A DNA stretch of 64,000 nt, from NCBI GenBank assembly GCA_963666515.2, contig OY762897.2, forward strand, positions 1,472,001 to 1,536,000, in the 5' to 3' direction. Shown here in pieces: positions 31,715 through 42,028 of the stretch. Below the pieces are notes generated by a model that was not told the DNA's origin, searched no databases, and saw only the letters and a program-made list of their open reading frames with translations. A program made the translations under genes and the position numbers. The DNA is from Candidatus Binatia bacterium. Lineage in GTDB: Bacteria; Desulfobacterota; Binatia; UBA9968; JAJDTQ01. Within the stretch, counting starts at the first letter, position 1; the number at the start of each line of letters is the position of its first letter.

Positions 31715-32450
31715 GTTAAAACTACGAACGGATCACCATCCACACTAGTGTGGCCCTGACCTCCGACCAGTGCAGCGTGTCGTGCTGCTTCGGCCCGGCC
31801 GGTCATGCATGGTAATCCTTTTGGATCGACTGACGCACACCCATAGTCGGGGCTTGGAATATGAGACTATGCGTTTCAACGTAGCTGTCGGGACTCGCGG
31901 TTCGAACCATGGCGGCACTGGAGTGCGTTACAACACTGTCGGGGCATGGGAATCTCACCGAAAACTCTGGGGAAGCCTACAAGATAAGCAGGAAGAACAC
32001 AACATTTACCTCCGAGCTACAACGATCATTGAACTCGCCAGCGGCGAAGACCATGGGTACCTACAACAGCGATGACGCTGCCCTGATGGTTTCGCATTTG
32101 CCAAGCTCTCGTGTCACGAAGTCGAGGTGACTGCCGACAAGCCCGTCCACGCGTCCATTGCCCGTCCAGATATCGCCCCCACCTCCTCCGCAGGCAGTGA
32201 GGGGACAACACCTATTGCAGTGAGCGCGACGAAAGTAGCGAAGTCCAAGTTGAATGCTTCACTTCTATCCTTTAACGCTTCCGGTTCTCGTGCGGTTTGG
32301 AGCTTCTACCGAGGGGCGGCGTCAGCCCCGCTTTGACCGTCTCCGGTCCCTTATAGGTGGCTACTATGCCAAATTTGCAAGGCAATGCAAAGTTTATAAG
32401 ACAGTGAAGAGAAGACGACCTGAAAGACTTCCGGGATGCTCTATGATGGA

Positions 32451-32532
32451 GGTCCCGGATGCCATCGCGGACGTTCTGAACCGCTGACTGTCGGCGTCCA
32501 CCTACCCTTCCGCAGCCAAACGCGAAGATTGA
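32451..32532 (+). pseudogene. Internally deleted remnant of the 25057-25998 lipoprotein gene
   Basis: 32451-32510 resembles 25206-25266 and is joined directly to 32512-32532, which matches 25978-25998; contains an in-frame TGA. Confidence 0.85.
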
Positions 32533-32536
32533 ACTG

Positions 32537-34153
32537 CTACCAACCTAGGGCGTAGCCGTCGCGGCGCGGGTCGGCGGCGGCCATGAGGGTGCCGTTCCGG
32601 GGGTCACGGGCGATGAGCGCGGCGCCGCCGAAGGACCACGGCTCCACTACGGTCACCGGATGGCCCCTGGCCGCCAGCCCTTCCACCACGTCGTCCGGGA
32701 ATCCCGCCTCCAACCGCAACATCTGGGGATAGCCGACGTTGGGCGGGGTGCCGGGCACGTGGCTCCAGCGAGGAGCTTCGAGCGCGCACTGCGGGTCCAT
32801 CTTGAGGTCCAGCAGGTTGTGCAGGACCTGCACGTTGGTCTGGGGCTGGTCGTCGGCGCCCGGGGTGCCGCCCACCGCCAGGAACTCGCCGTTGTGGAAC
32901 ACCATGTAGGAGTTGAGGGTGTGCGCGGGCCGCTTGCCCGGCTGTAGCGCGTTGGCGCTGCCGGGATCCAGCCTGGCGCTGCACAGGCGATTGTTCATGA
33001 CGAGACCGGTGTCCCCCGCCACGACGCGCGAGCCGAATACGGAAAAGACGCTCTCGATGAGCGAGACGGCGTTGCCGTCCCCGTCGGCCACGCACAGGTA
33101 GGTGGTGTCGGCGCCGGCGGCGGCGTAGGACGAAGACACCGGCCCCGCGGCATCGGCGATGTCCGCGCGGCGCGCGTCCGCGTACTCCCGGCTGACGAGG
33201 CGTTGGACTTCCGGGTCGCCGAAGCGGGGGTCGTCCAGGTGCCGGATGCGGTCCTCGAAGGCGATCTTCTTGGCCTCCACCATCACATGCGCCAGTTCGG
33301 TGCGGCTGAGCGACTTGCAGTCGTAGCCCTCCAGCAGGTTCATCATGGTCAGGACGACGAAGCCCTGGGACACCGGCGGCTGCTCCAGGATCCGGTAGCC
33401 CCGGTAGTCCGTGCTGAGGGGCTCCATCCACTCGGCGCATCCTCCCTCCAGGTCCCGCTCCTCGAAGAGTCCGCCCTGGGCGCGGATGCCGGCGCACAGG
33501 CGCGCGGCCACGTCGCCGCGGTAGAAGCCGTCCCGACCGTCGCGGACGATGGCTTCCAGCACCTGCGCCAGTTCCGGCTGGCGCAGCATCCTGCCCGGCG
33601 TCAGGTCCTCCAGCGGCTCGCGGAAGTACCGGTGGATGTCGGGCGACGAGGGCGCCCACTCCCGGATGGACTGCGCCAGAGACAGGTACAGCGGGAAACC
33701 GTCCCGAGCCAGGGTGATGGCGTCGGCGCAAAGGTCGGCCAGATCGGCCGTGCCGTAGCGGCGGTGGAGTTCAAGCCATCCGTCGACCGCTCCGGGAACC
33801 GCGATGCTTAAGGGCCCCGATGTGGGTATTGCATCCAGCCCGCGGCTCCTGAAGGCCTCGATGGTGGCGTTGCCGGGGGCGGGTCCGCTGGAGTTGAGCG
33901 CCCTCACCTTCCCCTCGTCCTTCATGTAGACCAGCGAGAACATGTCGCCGCCGAGGCCGCAGGCCTCGTGCTTGACCACGGCCAGGACGAACCCCGCGGC
34001 CACCGCCGCGTCCACGGCATTGCCGCCCTGCTGCATGATCTTGAGGCCGGCCAGGGACGCCAGCGGATGGCCGGCAGCGATGACTCCCCTGGCGCCCATG
34101 ACGAGCGTGCGTGCGGCCTTGCCGTAACGGATTTCGTGTAGAGGTTGAGACAT
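32537..34153 (-). CDS. ggt: Gamma-glutamyltransferase family protein
   Basis: GGNAVDAA, GLGGD, VPGAVDG, DTT nucleophile, PGKRPAHTL, DPRRDG. Confidence 0.92.
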   Translation of the reverse strand: MSQPLHEIRYGKAARTLVMGARGVIAAGHPLASLAGLKIMQQGGNAVDAAVAAGFVLAVVKHEACGLGGDMFSLVYMKDEGKVRALNSSGPAPGNATIEAFRSRGLDAIPTSGPLSIAVPGAVDGWLELHRRYGTADLADLCADAITLARDGFPLYLSLAQSIREWAPSSPDIHRYFREPLEDLTPGRMLRQPELAQVLEAIVRDGRDGFYRGDVAARLCAGIRAQGGLFEERDLEGGCAEWMEPLSTDYRGYRILEQPPVSQGFVVLTMMNLLEGYDCKSLSRTELAHVMVEAKKIAFEDRIRHLDDPRFGDPEVQRLVSREYADARRADIADAAGPVSSSYAAAGADTTYLCVADGDGNAVSLIESVFSVFGSRVVAGDTGLVMNNRLCSARLDPGSANALQPGKRPAHTLNSYMVFHNGEFLAVGGTPGADDQPQTNVQVLHNLLDLKMDPQCALEAPRWSHVPGTPPNVGYPQMLRLEAGFPDDVVEGLAARGHPVTVVEPWSFGGAALIARDPRNGTLMAAADPRRDGYALGW

Positions 34154-34175
34154 GATGACGGGTCTCCCGGGATAT

Positions 34176-35201
34176 TTAGCGCTCCTCGATGTGCAGGATC
34201 CGGGCGGCGTTGCCTCCGAGTATCCGCTCCCTGGCCTCCGGCGCGAGCCCGAGGTCGTCGACGGCCTTGAGGCTGTTCTGGATGAAGCGGCAGCCGTCTT
34301 CCGGCCCGTAGGGGTAGTTGGTGCCGAAGACCATCTGCTCCGGGCCGAAGAAGTCCATGACGCACTTGAGCGTGTTGGCCGGGTGGTCCGCGGTGTCCAC
34401 GAAGAATCTCCGGAACGAGTCCAGCGGGTTTTCCTGGAGGCCGTAGCGCTCGCGCATCTCGTCGGTGCGGCCGGTGTAGATGTTGATGGCGCGCTGTCCG
34501 AAGAAGGCCAGCACGCCGCCCACGTCCGCCACCACGAAAGGCAGCGCCGGAAACCGTTCGATCACGCGGCCGTACACCAGCCGGGTCATGGCGACGGTGC
34601 TGTCGAAGGCCCAGCCGTAGATCAGGATCGGCATGATGTCGAGCCCCACGGCCTCGGTGGCCAGCGGCGCGGTGGGGTGGAGGTACACCGGCAACTCGTA
34701 CTCCGCCAGCTTCTCGTAGATGGGGAAGAAGACCTCGTCGTCCAGCGGGCGGCCGTTGAGGTTGGTGAAGCAGCCGAACCCGCGAAGGCCCAATTCCTTG
34801 ACCGCCCGCTCCAGTTCCTCCAGCGACGCCTCGATGGAGGCCGTGGGCAGGGTCGCCAGCCCGACGAAGCGGTCCGGGTGCCGGTTGCACATCTCGGCCA
34901 GCTCGTCGTTGGCCACCCGGGCCATGGCCACGGCGTCGTCGGGGTCGTAGCGGTCGGCGCCCGGCGCCGGGATGCTCACCACCTGCACGTCCACGCCCTG
35001 CCGGTCCATGTGCTCCAGCCGCTGTTCGACGTCACGGCCCTTGAAGATCGCGGTGTTGATGCGGCAACCGAGGGCCTTGTCGTAGAGGTAGGCCATGCCG
35101 CTGTAGGGATCCGGCTCCTCCAGGATCACGGCGCCGTCCCGCCGGCCCATGGTCTCCATGTAACGCTCGGGGAAGATATGGCTCTGAAAGTCGATGATCA
35201 T
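34176..35201 (-). CDS. Amidohydrolase 2 family protein (atypical metal ligands)
   Basis: TIM-barrel pattern ...NDELA...PDRF...YLHP...FGTNYPY. Confidence 0.85.
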   Translation of the reverse strand: MIIDFQSHIFPERYMETMGRRDGAVILEEPDPYSGMAYLYDKALGCRINTAIFKGRDVEQRLEHMDRQGVDVQVVSIPAPGADRYDPDDAVAMARVANDELAEMCNRHPDRFVGLATLPTASIEASLEELERAVKELGLRGFGCFTNLNGRPLDDEVFFPIYEKLAEYELPVYLHPTAPLATEAVGLDIMPILIYGWAFDSTVAMTRLVYGRVIERFPALPFVVADVGGVLAFFGQRAINIYTGRTDEMRERYGLQENPLDSFRRFFVDTADHPANTLKCVMDFFGPEQMVFGTNYPYGPEDGCRFIQNSLKAVDDLGLAPEARERILGGNAARILHIEER

Positions 35202-35237
35202 GGCTTCTGTCCCGGAATGCTGAAGCGGCGGTCGCGG

Positions 35238-35453
35238 TCAGAGCCCGCGCACGACGCGCGGAAACCCCTGCGGCGGCTCCGGCTCGGCCTTCACGGTCCG
35301 GGAGCCCACCGAGCTGCCGCAACGCTGGCAACTGTAGTCGTAGAGGTCGCCGTCGGGGAGGACCAGCAGCAGCCGCTCGCGCACCGGCATGGCTTGGCCG
35401 CACTTGTTGCAGTAGAGCAACGACGCCGACAACTGTTCGAAGCTCTTCTCCAT
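35238..35453 (-). CDS. Small Zn-ribbon protein
   Basis: CNKC...CQRC, 71 aa, co-oriented within the operon. Confidence 0.7.
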   Translation of the reverse strand: MEKSFEQLSASLLYCNKCGQAMPVRERLLLVLPDGDLYDYSCQRCGSSVGSRTVKAEPEPPQGFPRVVRGL

Positions 35454-35496
35454 GGTATCCAGCGGGCTGCCCGCATCGGGCGCCCTAACCCCGCGG

Positions 35497-37578
35497 CTAG
35501 TCTCCGGCGGCCTCGGCCTTGGCCTCGGCCTGCACCTTCTCCATCAGGTGCGGCGGCAGCTCCTCGTAGTGGGAGAACTCGGACTGGAACTCCCCCCTGC
35601 CGCTGGTCATGGAGCGCAGGTCCGAGGCGTACCGGAGCACCTCCGACATGGGCACCTGGGCCTTGATGATCTGGCTGTGGCCCTTGGCGTCCACCCCCAG
35701 GACCTTGCCTCTCCGGCTGTTGAGGTCGCCGATGACGTCCCCCATGCAATCGTCGGGCACCGACACCTCCATGGACATGACCGGTTCCAGGATCACCGGC
35801 TTGGCGCTCTCCATGGCGTTCTTGAAGCCCATGGAGGCGGCGATCTTGAAGGCCATGTCCGAGGAGTCCACCGAGTGGAACGATCCGTCGTAGAGGGTCG
35901 CGCGCACGTCCATGATGGGGTAGCCGGCCAGGTAGCCGCCGGACATGGTCTCGACGATGCCCTTCTCCACCGCGGGGATGTAGTTGCGCGGGATGGCGCC
36001 GCCGACGATCTTGTCCACGAACTCGAAGCCCTTGCCCCGCGGCAGGGGCTCCAGCTTGAGCCAGGTGTCGCCGAACTGGCCCCGGCCGCCGGACTGTTTC
36101 TTGTACTTGCCCTGGGCGCTGGCCGCGGCCTTGATGGTCTCCCGGTAGGGGACCTTGGGTGCCTTCAACTCCACCTCCGCGCCGTACTTCCGCTTGAGCT
36201 TGTCCACCACCACCTCGATGTGGAGCTGGCCGGTGCCCGAAAGGATGAACTCCCGGGTCTGCTCGTCGCGGTGCATGCGGATGGACGGGTCCTCCTCCAT
36301 CATCCGCTGGAGCCCCTGGGGGACCTTGTCCTCGTCGGCCCGGGTCTTGGGGGAGAGCGCGAAGGAGATGGACGGGCTGAACTCCACCGGTTTGGGGTAC
36401 TCGATGGGGGCCGACTCCTCGCACAGCGTGTCGCCGGAAGCCACGTCCTTGAGCTTGGCCGCGGCGACGATCTCGCCCACGCCCGCGGCGGTCACCTCTT
36501 CCTGCTTGGCGCCCTCCGGCCGGAACAGGTGGGTGATCCGCTCCTTGGCGTCCTTGCCGGGGTTGTAGACCGTGCTGTCGGCGCGCACCGTGCCCGACAA
36601 CACCCTCATGATGGACAGCCGGCCGGCGAACGGATCGACGATGGTCTTGAACACGAACGCGGAAAGCGGAGCGTCCGCGGCCTTGGCGCGGGATTCGGCC
36701 TCCCCCGATACCGGGTTCTTCCCCTCAGCCGCCGGCTCGTCCAGCGGCGAGGGCAGCCACTCCACCACGGCGTCCAGCAGCGCGGCGACGCCCGCCCCGC
36801 GGACGGCCGACCCGTAGAGGACGGGAAACAGCGTCCCCGCGCGCACGCCCTCGCGGAGGCCTTCCGACACCTCCTCGGAGGTGAGTTCCTGGCCCTCCAG
36901 GTACTTCTCCAGCAACTCGTCCTGGGTCTCGGCCACGTTCTCCATGAGGTTGATTCTCATCTCCTCGGCCCGTTCCTGGAACTCCGCGGGCACCTCTTCC
37001 TCGGTCTCCTTGCCGTTGCCGTCCACGCACACGGCCTTCATGCGGACCAGGTCGATGACGCCGCGGAAACTCTCGCCGTGGCCCATGGGAAGCTGAACGT
37101 GGATGCCCTTGACCCCCAGCCCTTCCGCGATGGCGTCCACCGCCGCCACCGGATCGTCTTCTTCCCGGTCCATCCGGTTGACGAAAAGAACGCGCGGCAT
37201 CCCGTGCTCCGCGGCGTAGCCCCAGAGCCGCTCCGTCTCCACCCGCAGACCGGCGCCGGCGTGGAGCACGAAGACCGCCCCGCCAAAACCGGCCAGCGAA
37301 TGGACCGTCTCCGGCAGGAAGGTTGCGAAACCCGGCGTGTCCACCACCACGCACGTGTTCTTCTTCCATTCGAGAGAGTGAAAGGCCGTAGAAATGGAAA
37401 CTTGCCGGTTGATCTCCTCGGGCTCGTGGTCGAACGCCGACGTCCCGTCTTCCACCCGGCCCAGCCGGTTGGTGCGGCCCGCGGCGAACAACATCGCTTC
37501 GCCCAACGACGTCTTTCCCGCCCCCCGATGCCCCAGCAATCCGACGTTCCGCAACTGGGCAGCCTCAATCGCAGCCAT
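35497..37578 (-). CDS. fusA: Elongation factor G paralog (EF-G2-like)
   Basis: GHRGAGKT, DTPGF, NRMD, KKQSGGRGQFG, DSSDMAF; diverged G-domain. Confidence 0.9.
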   Translation of the reverse strand: MAAIEAAQLRNVGLLGHRGAGKTSLGEAMLFAAGRTNRLGRVEDGTSAFDHEPEEINRQVSISTAFHSLEWKKNTCVVVDTPGFATFLPETVHSLAGFGGAVFVLHAGAGLRVETERLWGYAAEHGMPRVLFVNRMDREEDDPVAAVDAIAEGLGVKGIHVQLPMGHGESFRGVIDLVRMKAVCVDGNGKETEEEVPAEFQERAEEMRINLMENVAETQDELLEKYLEGQELTSEEVSEGLREGVRAGTLFPVLYGSAVRGAGVAALLDAVVEWLPSPLDEPAAEGKNPVSGEAESRAKAADAPLSAFVFKTIVDPFAGRLSIMRVLSGTVRADSTVYNPGKDAKERITHLFRPEGAKQEEVTAAGVGEIVAAAKLKDVASGDTLCEESAPIEYPKPVEFSPSISFALSPKTRADEDKVPQGLQRMMEEDPSIRMHRDEQTREFILSGTGQLHIEVVVDKLKRKYGAEVELKAPKVPYRETIKAAASAQGKYKKQSGGRGQFGDTWLKLEPLPRGKGFEFVDKIVGGAIPRNYIPAVEKGIVETMSGGYLAGYPIMDVRATLYDGSFHSVDSSDMAFKIAASMGFKNAMESAKPVILEPVMSMEVSVPDDCMGDVIGDLNSRRGKVLGVDAKGHSQIIKAQVPMSEVLRYASDLRSMTSGRGEFQSEFSHYEELPPHLMEKVQAEAKAEAAGD

Positions 37579-37627
37579 GTATTCGACCTCCCCTTGAACA
37601 GACTTCCGAACGGCTCCATCCCGTGCG

Positions 37628-38422
37628 TCATGGAGACCTTCGCTTGCGCGCCGGCGGAGCCGCGTTCTTCTCGTAAATAAGCCGTAACCCTTCCAACGTC
37701 AAGAATTCGTCCACGTCCTCAATGACCGCGGATTCGTGGGCGATGAGCGAGGCCACGCCCCCGGTGGCCACCACCCTCGCCTTGATGCGGTTCTCCCGCT
37801 CGATGCGGTGGACGATGCCGTCCACGAGGCCGACGTAGCCGTGGTAGATGCCCGACTGGATCGAGTGGACGGTGGACTTGCCGATGACGCCCGAAGGACA
37901 CACGACCTCCACCCGCGGAAGCTTCGAAGCGCGCTGGAACAGCGCCTCCACGGCGATCATCAGGCCCGGCGCGATCAGCCCTCCCAGGTACTCGCCCTTC
38001 TCGGACACGCAGTCGAAAGTGGTGGCGGTGCCGAAGTCGATGACCACGCAGGCGGCGTGGAACCGGTCGTAGGCGGCGACGCCGTTGGCGATCCGGTCCG
38101 CGCCCACGTCTTGCGGGCTGTCGTAGAGGATCGGCATGCCGGTCTTGAGTCCCGGCCCCACCAGCAACGGCTTGACGCCGAAGAACTTCCGCCCCAACTC
38201 GTCGATCATGCCCACCATGGGCGGAACGACACAGGAAACGATGATGGCGTCGATGGCGTCGCTGCCGATGTCCTGGGCCGCGGCGAGGTGGCCGATGAGC
38301 GCGCCGTATTCATCCACGGTGCGCTCCGGCTGGGTCACCAGGCGCCAGTGGGTCACCAGCTCCCGGCCCTGGTAGACGCCCAGCACCATGTTGCTGTTTC
38401 CGATGTCGATGGCCAGCAGCAT
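37628..38422 (-). CDS. coaX: Type III pantothenate kinase
   Basis: AIDIGNS, GADR, DFGTATT, GGLIAPG. Confidence 0.95.
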   Translation of the reverse strand: MLLAIDIGNSNMVLGVYQGRELVTHWRLVTQPERTVDEYGALIGHLAAAQDIGSDAIDAIIVSCVVPPMVGMIDELGRKFFGVKPLLVGPGLKTGMPILYDSPQDVGADRIANGVAAYDRFHAACVVIDFGTATTFDCVSEKGEYLGGLIAPGLMIAVEALFQRASKLPRVEVVCPSGVIGKSTVHSIQSGIYHGYVGLVDGIVHRIERENRIKARVVATGGVASLIAHESAVIEDVDEFLTLEGLRLIYEKNAAPPARKRRSP

Positions 38423-39271
38423 CTAGCGTCCTGTCCCGCTCACTACACCATGAATCTGCGGATCCACTTCGCCGTCTTCCAGCAGGAAGACGTCTCCGCT
38501 CACCACCCGCTCGGTGCGGCCATCACCGCACTCCAGCACCAGGAAGCCGTCGCCGTCCATCTCTCGGACACGCCCCACCAGTTCCCCTTCCGCAGTCTGG
38601 GCACGGACCCACCGCCCCTCCATTTGCGCGTAAGCGTTCCAGCTCCGGGCGATGGCGTCGAACCCACGCTCCTCCAACTCGATATAGCGGTTCTCCAGGT
38701 TCTGCACCAGAGAACGGGTGACCCGGATCCGATCCACCGGCGTCCCGGCTTCCTCCATCACCGAAGTGGCGCGGTCGCGGATGTCGGGCGGCATGAGCGC
38801 GCGCGGGAAATTGAGGTTGACGCCGATTCCGACGATCACGAACAGGGTCCGGCCGGGCTCGGAGGCCAGCTCGCTGAGGATGCCGGCCGCCTTTCGGCCG
38901 CGCAGCAGCACGTCGTTGGGCCACTTGATCCGGGGCGTGCAGGGAACGCGGTCCTTGAGCGTGTCCGCCACCGCCACCGCGGCCATCAGCGTGATCTTCG
39001 CCGAGTCCGCCGGATTCAGCCGCGGACGCAGGAGGAACGAAATGTACAGGTTGAGGTTGGCGGGGGAAACCCACTGCCGTCCCATCCTTCCCTGCCCCCG
39101 GGTCTGGGCTTCGGCGATGACGATGGCCCCTTCCGGCTCACCCGCTTCCGCCAGCGCGTGGGCCGTCCGGTTGGTGGAATCGAGCTCCGGGTACACCTCG
39201 ATGCGGCGGCCCAGCCGCCTGGTTCCGAGGCCGTGAAGGATTTCACCGGCGGTCAGCCCTTCGCCGGTCAC
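38423..39271 (-). CDS. birA: Biotin--protein ligase (no HTH domain)
   Basis: DSTN, QTRGQGRMGRQW, KWPND, KAAGIL. Confidence 0.93.
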   Translation of the reverse strand: MTGEGLTAGEILHGLGTRRLGRRIEVYPELDSTNRTAHALAEAGEPEGAIVIAEAQTRGQGRMGRQWVSPANLNLYISFLLRPRLNPADSAKITLMAAVAVADTLKDRVPCTPRIKWPNDVLLRGRKAAGILSELASEPGRTLFVIVGIGVNLNFPRALMPPDIRDRATSVMEEAGTPVDRIRVTRSLVQNLENRYIELEERGFDAIARSWNAYAQMEGRWVRAQTAEGELVGRVREMDGDGFLVLECGDGRTERVVSGDVFLLEDGEVDPQIHGVVSGTGR

Positions 39272-42021
39272 TGGGCCTGCAGCTCCCGGATCCGCTCCAG
39301 GCTCCGGTTCAGCGCGTCGATCTTCTCTTCCATCTCCTGCGCCTTCTCCCGTTCCCGCTCCACCACCTCGGGCCGCGCCTTGGCCGTGAAGTTCTCGTTG
39401 GCGAGCTTCTTCCGCACCCGCCCCATCTCGGTCTCCAGCTTGTCCAGGGCACGGTGGAGCCGGCCGCTCTCCTCCTCCAGGTCCACGGCGCCGTCCAACG
39501 GCACGTACACCTCGGTGGTATCAACGATGGCCGTGGCCACCTTCTGCGGGCGGCCCCCCCCGGAGAGGTACTCCAGGGGCTCCGTGCGCGCCAGCGCGCA
39601 CACCAGGCCCTCGTAGGCGCGGACCAGGGACAGCCGCTCCTCGGTATCGAACAGCACCACCCTCACTTTCCTGGAGGGTGGAACGTTCATCTCGGTGCGC
39701 AGGTTCCGCACCGCCCGGATGATCCCGCTCAGGAACTCAACCTTTTCCTCCGCATCCCGGTCGGCGGGGAAATCATCGGACGCCGGGTAATGCTGGACCA
39801 TGATGTCGTCCCGCCGGGGCGATGCCGCGTCCCGCGCCGTCACCGCCCCCCACAACTCCTCGGTGACGAACGGCATCAACGGATGCAGCAGCAGGAGGAT
39901 GTTCCGAAGGACCGTGTGCAGCGTCCTCTGGGCGGCGCGGGAGCCGGCGCCGCCATTCAGCCGCAGCTTGCTCATCTCGATGTACCAGTCGCAGAACTCG
40001 TGCCAGGTGAACTGGTAGAGATGGTGGGCGAAGTCGTTGAAACGGTACGCGGCAATGGCTTCCCGCGCCCGTTCGATGGTGGCCTTCAGGCGGGACAGTA
40101 TCCAGCGATCGGCCAGGTCCGGGTCCTCCCCCGCCGGCTCTTCGCCTGGCCGGCGGCGCTCCCGCAACACCTCGTCGTCGAGGTTCATCAGGACGAAGCG
40201 GGCGGCGTTCCAGAGCTTGTTGACGAAGTGCTGGTAGCCGGCGATGCGGTCTTCCGCCAGCTTCACGTCCCGCCCCATGGCCGTCATCGCCACCAGCGTG
40301 AACCGGAACGGGTCGGCGCCGTAGCGGTTCACCATGATCAGCGGGTCGATGACGTTGCCCTTGGACTTGGACATCTTCTGTCCTTCCTGGTCCCGCACCA
40401 GGGCGTGGATGTAGACGTCCCGGAACGGCACCCGGTCCATGAACCGGAGCCCCATCATCATCATGCGCGCGACCCAGAAGAACAGGATGTCGAACCCCGT
40501 CACCAGCGCGGAGGTGGGATAGAAGGTGTCGAGGTCGGCGGTCTTGTCGGGCCAGCCGAGGGTCGAGAACGGCCACAGGGCCGAGGAGAACCAGGTGTCC
40601 AGGACGTCGGGGTCCTGCACGAAGCGGCGGCCGCCGCAGGTCTCGCACCGCTCCGGCGCGGTCCTCCCCACCACCGGGACGCAGCCGGAAGCGACCCGGC
40701 CGCCGTCCGGGTCCAGCGACTCGTTGCAACCGGCGCAATACCAGGCCGGGATCTGGTGCCCCCACCAGATCTGCCGCGAGACGCACCAGTCCTTGATGTT
40801 CTCCATCCAGGCGAAGTACGAGTTCTTCCACGTTTCCGGGATGATGCGGGTGCGGCCGTCGCGAACCGCTTCCATGGCCGGGTCCGCCAGCGGCTGGACC
40901 TTCACGAACCACTGGGGGGTGAGATAGGGCTCGATGACCGTCTGGCAGCGGTAGCACTTGCCCACCGCGTGGCGGTAGGGCTGGACCTCGGCCAGCAGGC
41001 CCCCTTCCGTCAGCTCCTCGACGACGCGCTCCCGCGCGGCCAGACGGTCCTGGCCGCGGTAGCGCCCGGCCCAGGCCGGCACCTTCCCGTCGGCGGCGGC
41101 GAAGGCCTCGGCCCGCACCGCGGCGTCGTCGTCAAGGATATTGATGACTTCAAGGCCGTTCCTCAAGCCGATCTCGAAGTCGTTGAAGTCGTGGCCGGGG
41201 GTGATCTTGACCGCGCCGGTGCCGAACTCCGGGTCCACGAAGGCGTCGCCCAGCACCGGGATCTCGCGGCCTGCGATGGGCAGCCGCGCGCGCCGGCCGA
41301 TGCTGCCGGCGTGGCGCCGGTCGTCGGGATGGACCGCCACGCCGGTGTCGCCCAGCATGGTCTCGGGGCGGGTGGTGGCCACCACCAGCTCGCCCCCTTC
41401 CACCAGCGGATAGCGGACGTGCCACAAGTGGCCGTCCACCTCCTCGTGCACCACCTCGATGTCGGCCAGCGCGGTCTTGCAGCGCGGACACCAGTTGATG
41501 AGCCGCTCCGCACGGTAGAGCAGGCCCTCCTCCCAGAGGCGGACGAACGCCTCCCGCACGGCCCGGGAGAGCCCCTCGTCCATGGTGAAGCGCTCGCGGC
41601 TCCAGTCGCAGGAGACCCCCAGGGCGCGCAACTGCCGCAGAATGGTGCCGCCGGTCTCTTCGCGCCAGCTCCACACCTTCTCGATGAAGGCCTGCCGCCC
41701 CAGGTCGGCCCGGTCCAGGCCCTCGGCAGCGAGCTGGCGCTCCACCACGTTCTGGGTGGCGATGCCCGCGTGGTCGGTGCCCGGCACCCACAGGACGTCG
41801 TGGCCGTCCATGCGCCTGAAGCGGCACAGGACGTCCTGGAGCGTGTTGTTCAGGGCGTGACCCATGTGGAGCGACCCGGTGACGTTGGGCGGCGGGATGA
41901 CCATGGAGAACGGCGGCTCGCCGGAACCCGCAGGCGCGAAGTGGGCCGCTTCCTCCCAACGCGCGTACCACGGCCCCTCCACGTCCTGATGACTGTACGA
42001 CTTTGCGATTTCTCGAGGCAT
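39268..42021 (-). CDS. valS: Valine--tRNA ligase
   Basis: PPPNVTGSLHMGH, KMSKS, C-terminal coiled coil. Confidence 0.98.
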   Translation of the reverse strand: MPREIAKSYSHQDVEGPWYARWEEAAHFAPAGSGEPPFSMVIPPPNVTGSLHMGHALNNTLQDVLCRFRRMDGHDVLWVPGTDHAGIATQNVVERQLAAEGLDRADLGRQAFIEKVWSWREETGGTILRQLRALGVSCDWSRERFTMDEGLSRAVREAFVRLWEEGLLYRAERLINWCPRCKTALADIEVVHEEVDGHLWHVRYPLVEGGELVVATTRPETMLGDTGVAVHPDDRRHAGSIGRRARLPIAGREIPVLGDAFVDPEFGTGAVKITPGHDFNDFEIGLRNGLEVINILDDDAAVRAEAFAAADGKVPAWAGRYRGQDRLAARERVVEELTEGGLLAEVQPYRHAVGKCYRCQTVIEPYLTPQWFVKVQPLADPAMEAVRDGRTRIIPETWKNSYFAWMENIKDWCVSRQIWWGHQIPAWYCAGCNESLDPDGGRVASGCVPVVGRTAPERCETCGGRRFVQDPDVLDTWFSSALWPFSTLGWPDKTADLDTFYPTSALVTGFDILFFWVARMMMMGLRFMDRVPFRDVYIHALVRDQEGQKMSKSKGNVIDPLIMVNRYGADPFRFTLVAMTAMGRDVKLAEDRIAGYQHFVNKLWNAARFVLMNLDDEVLRERRRPGEEPAGEDPDLADRWILSRLKATIERAREAIAAYRFNDFAHHLYQFTWHEFCDWYIEMSKLRLNGGAGSRAAQRTLHTVLRNILLLLHPLMPFVTEELWGAVTARDAASPRRDDIMVQHYPASDDFPADRDAEEKVEFLSGIIRAVRNLRTEMNVPPSRKVRVVLFDTEERLSLVRAYEGLVCALARTEPLEYLSGGGRPQKVATAIVDTTEVYVPLDGAVDLEEESGRLHRALDKLETEMGRVRKKLANENFTAKARPEVVEREREKAQEMEEKIDALNRSLERIRELQAQ

Positions 42022-42028
42022 GGAACTC

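Noticed and set aside
31834-31838. Minus-strand GTGCG as the 5' end of the group II intron
   Set aside because: A 5-mer is expected by chance, the upstream sequence does not resemble the IS3 5' exon, and I could not recognise domain I
31715-32450. Short ORFs and the palindrome CCACACTAGTGTGG (31740-31753) right of IS1634, plus short ORFs at 29303-29581
   Set aside because: No recognisable motifs or consistent frame; left as unassigned decayed DNA
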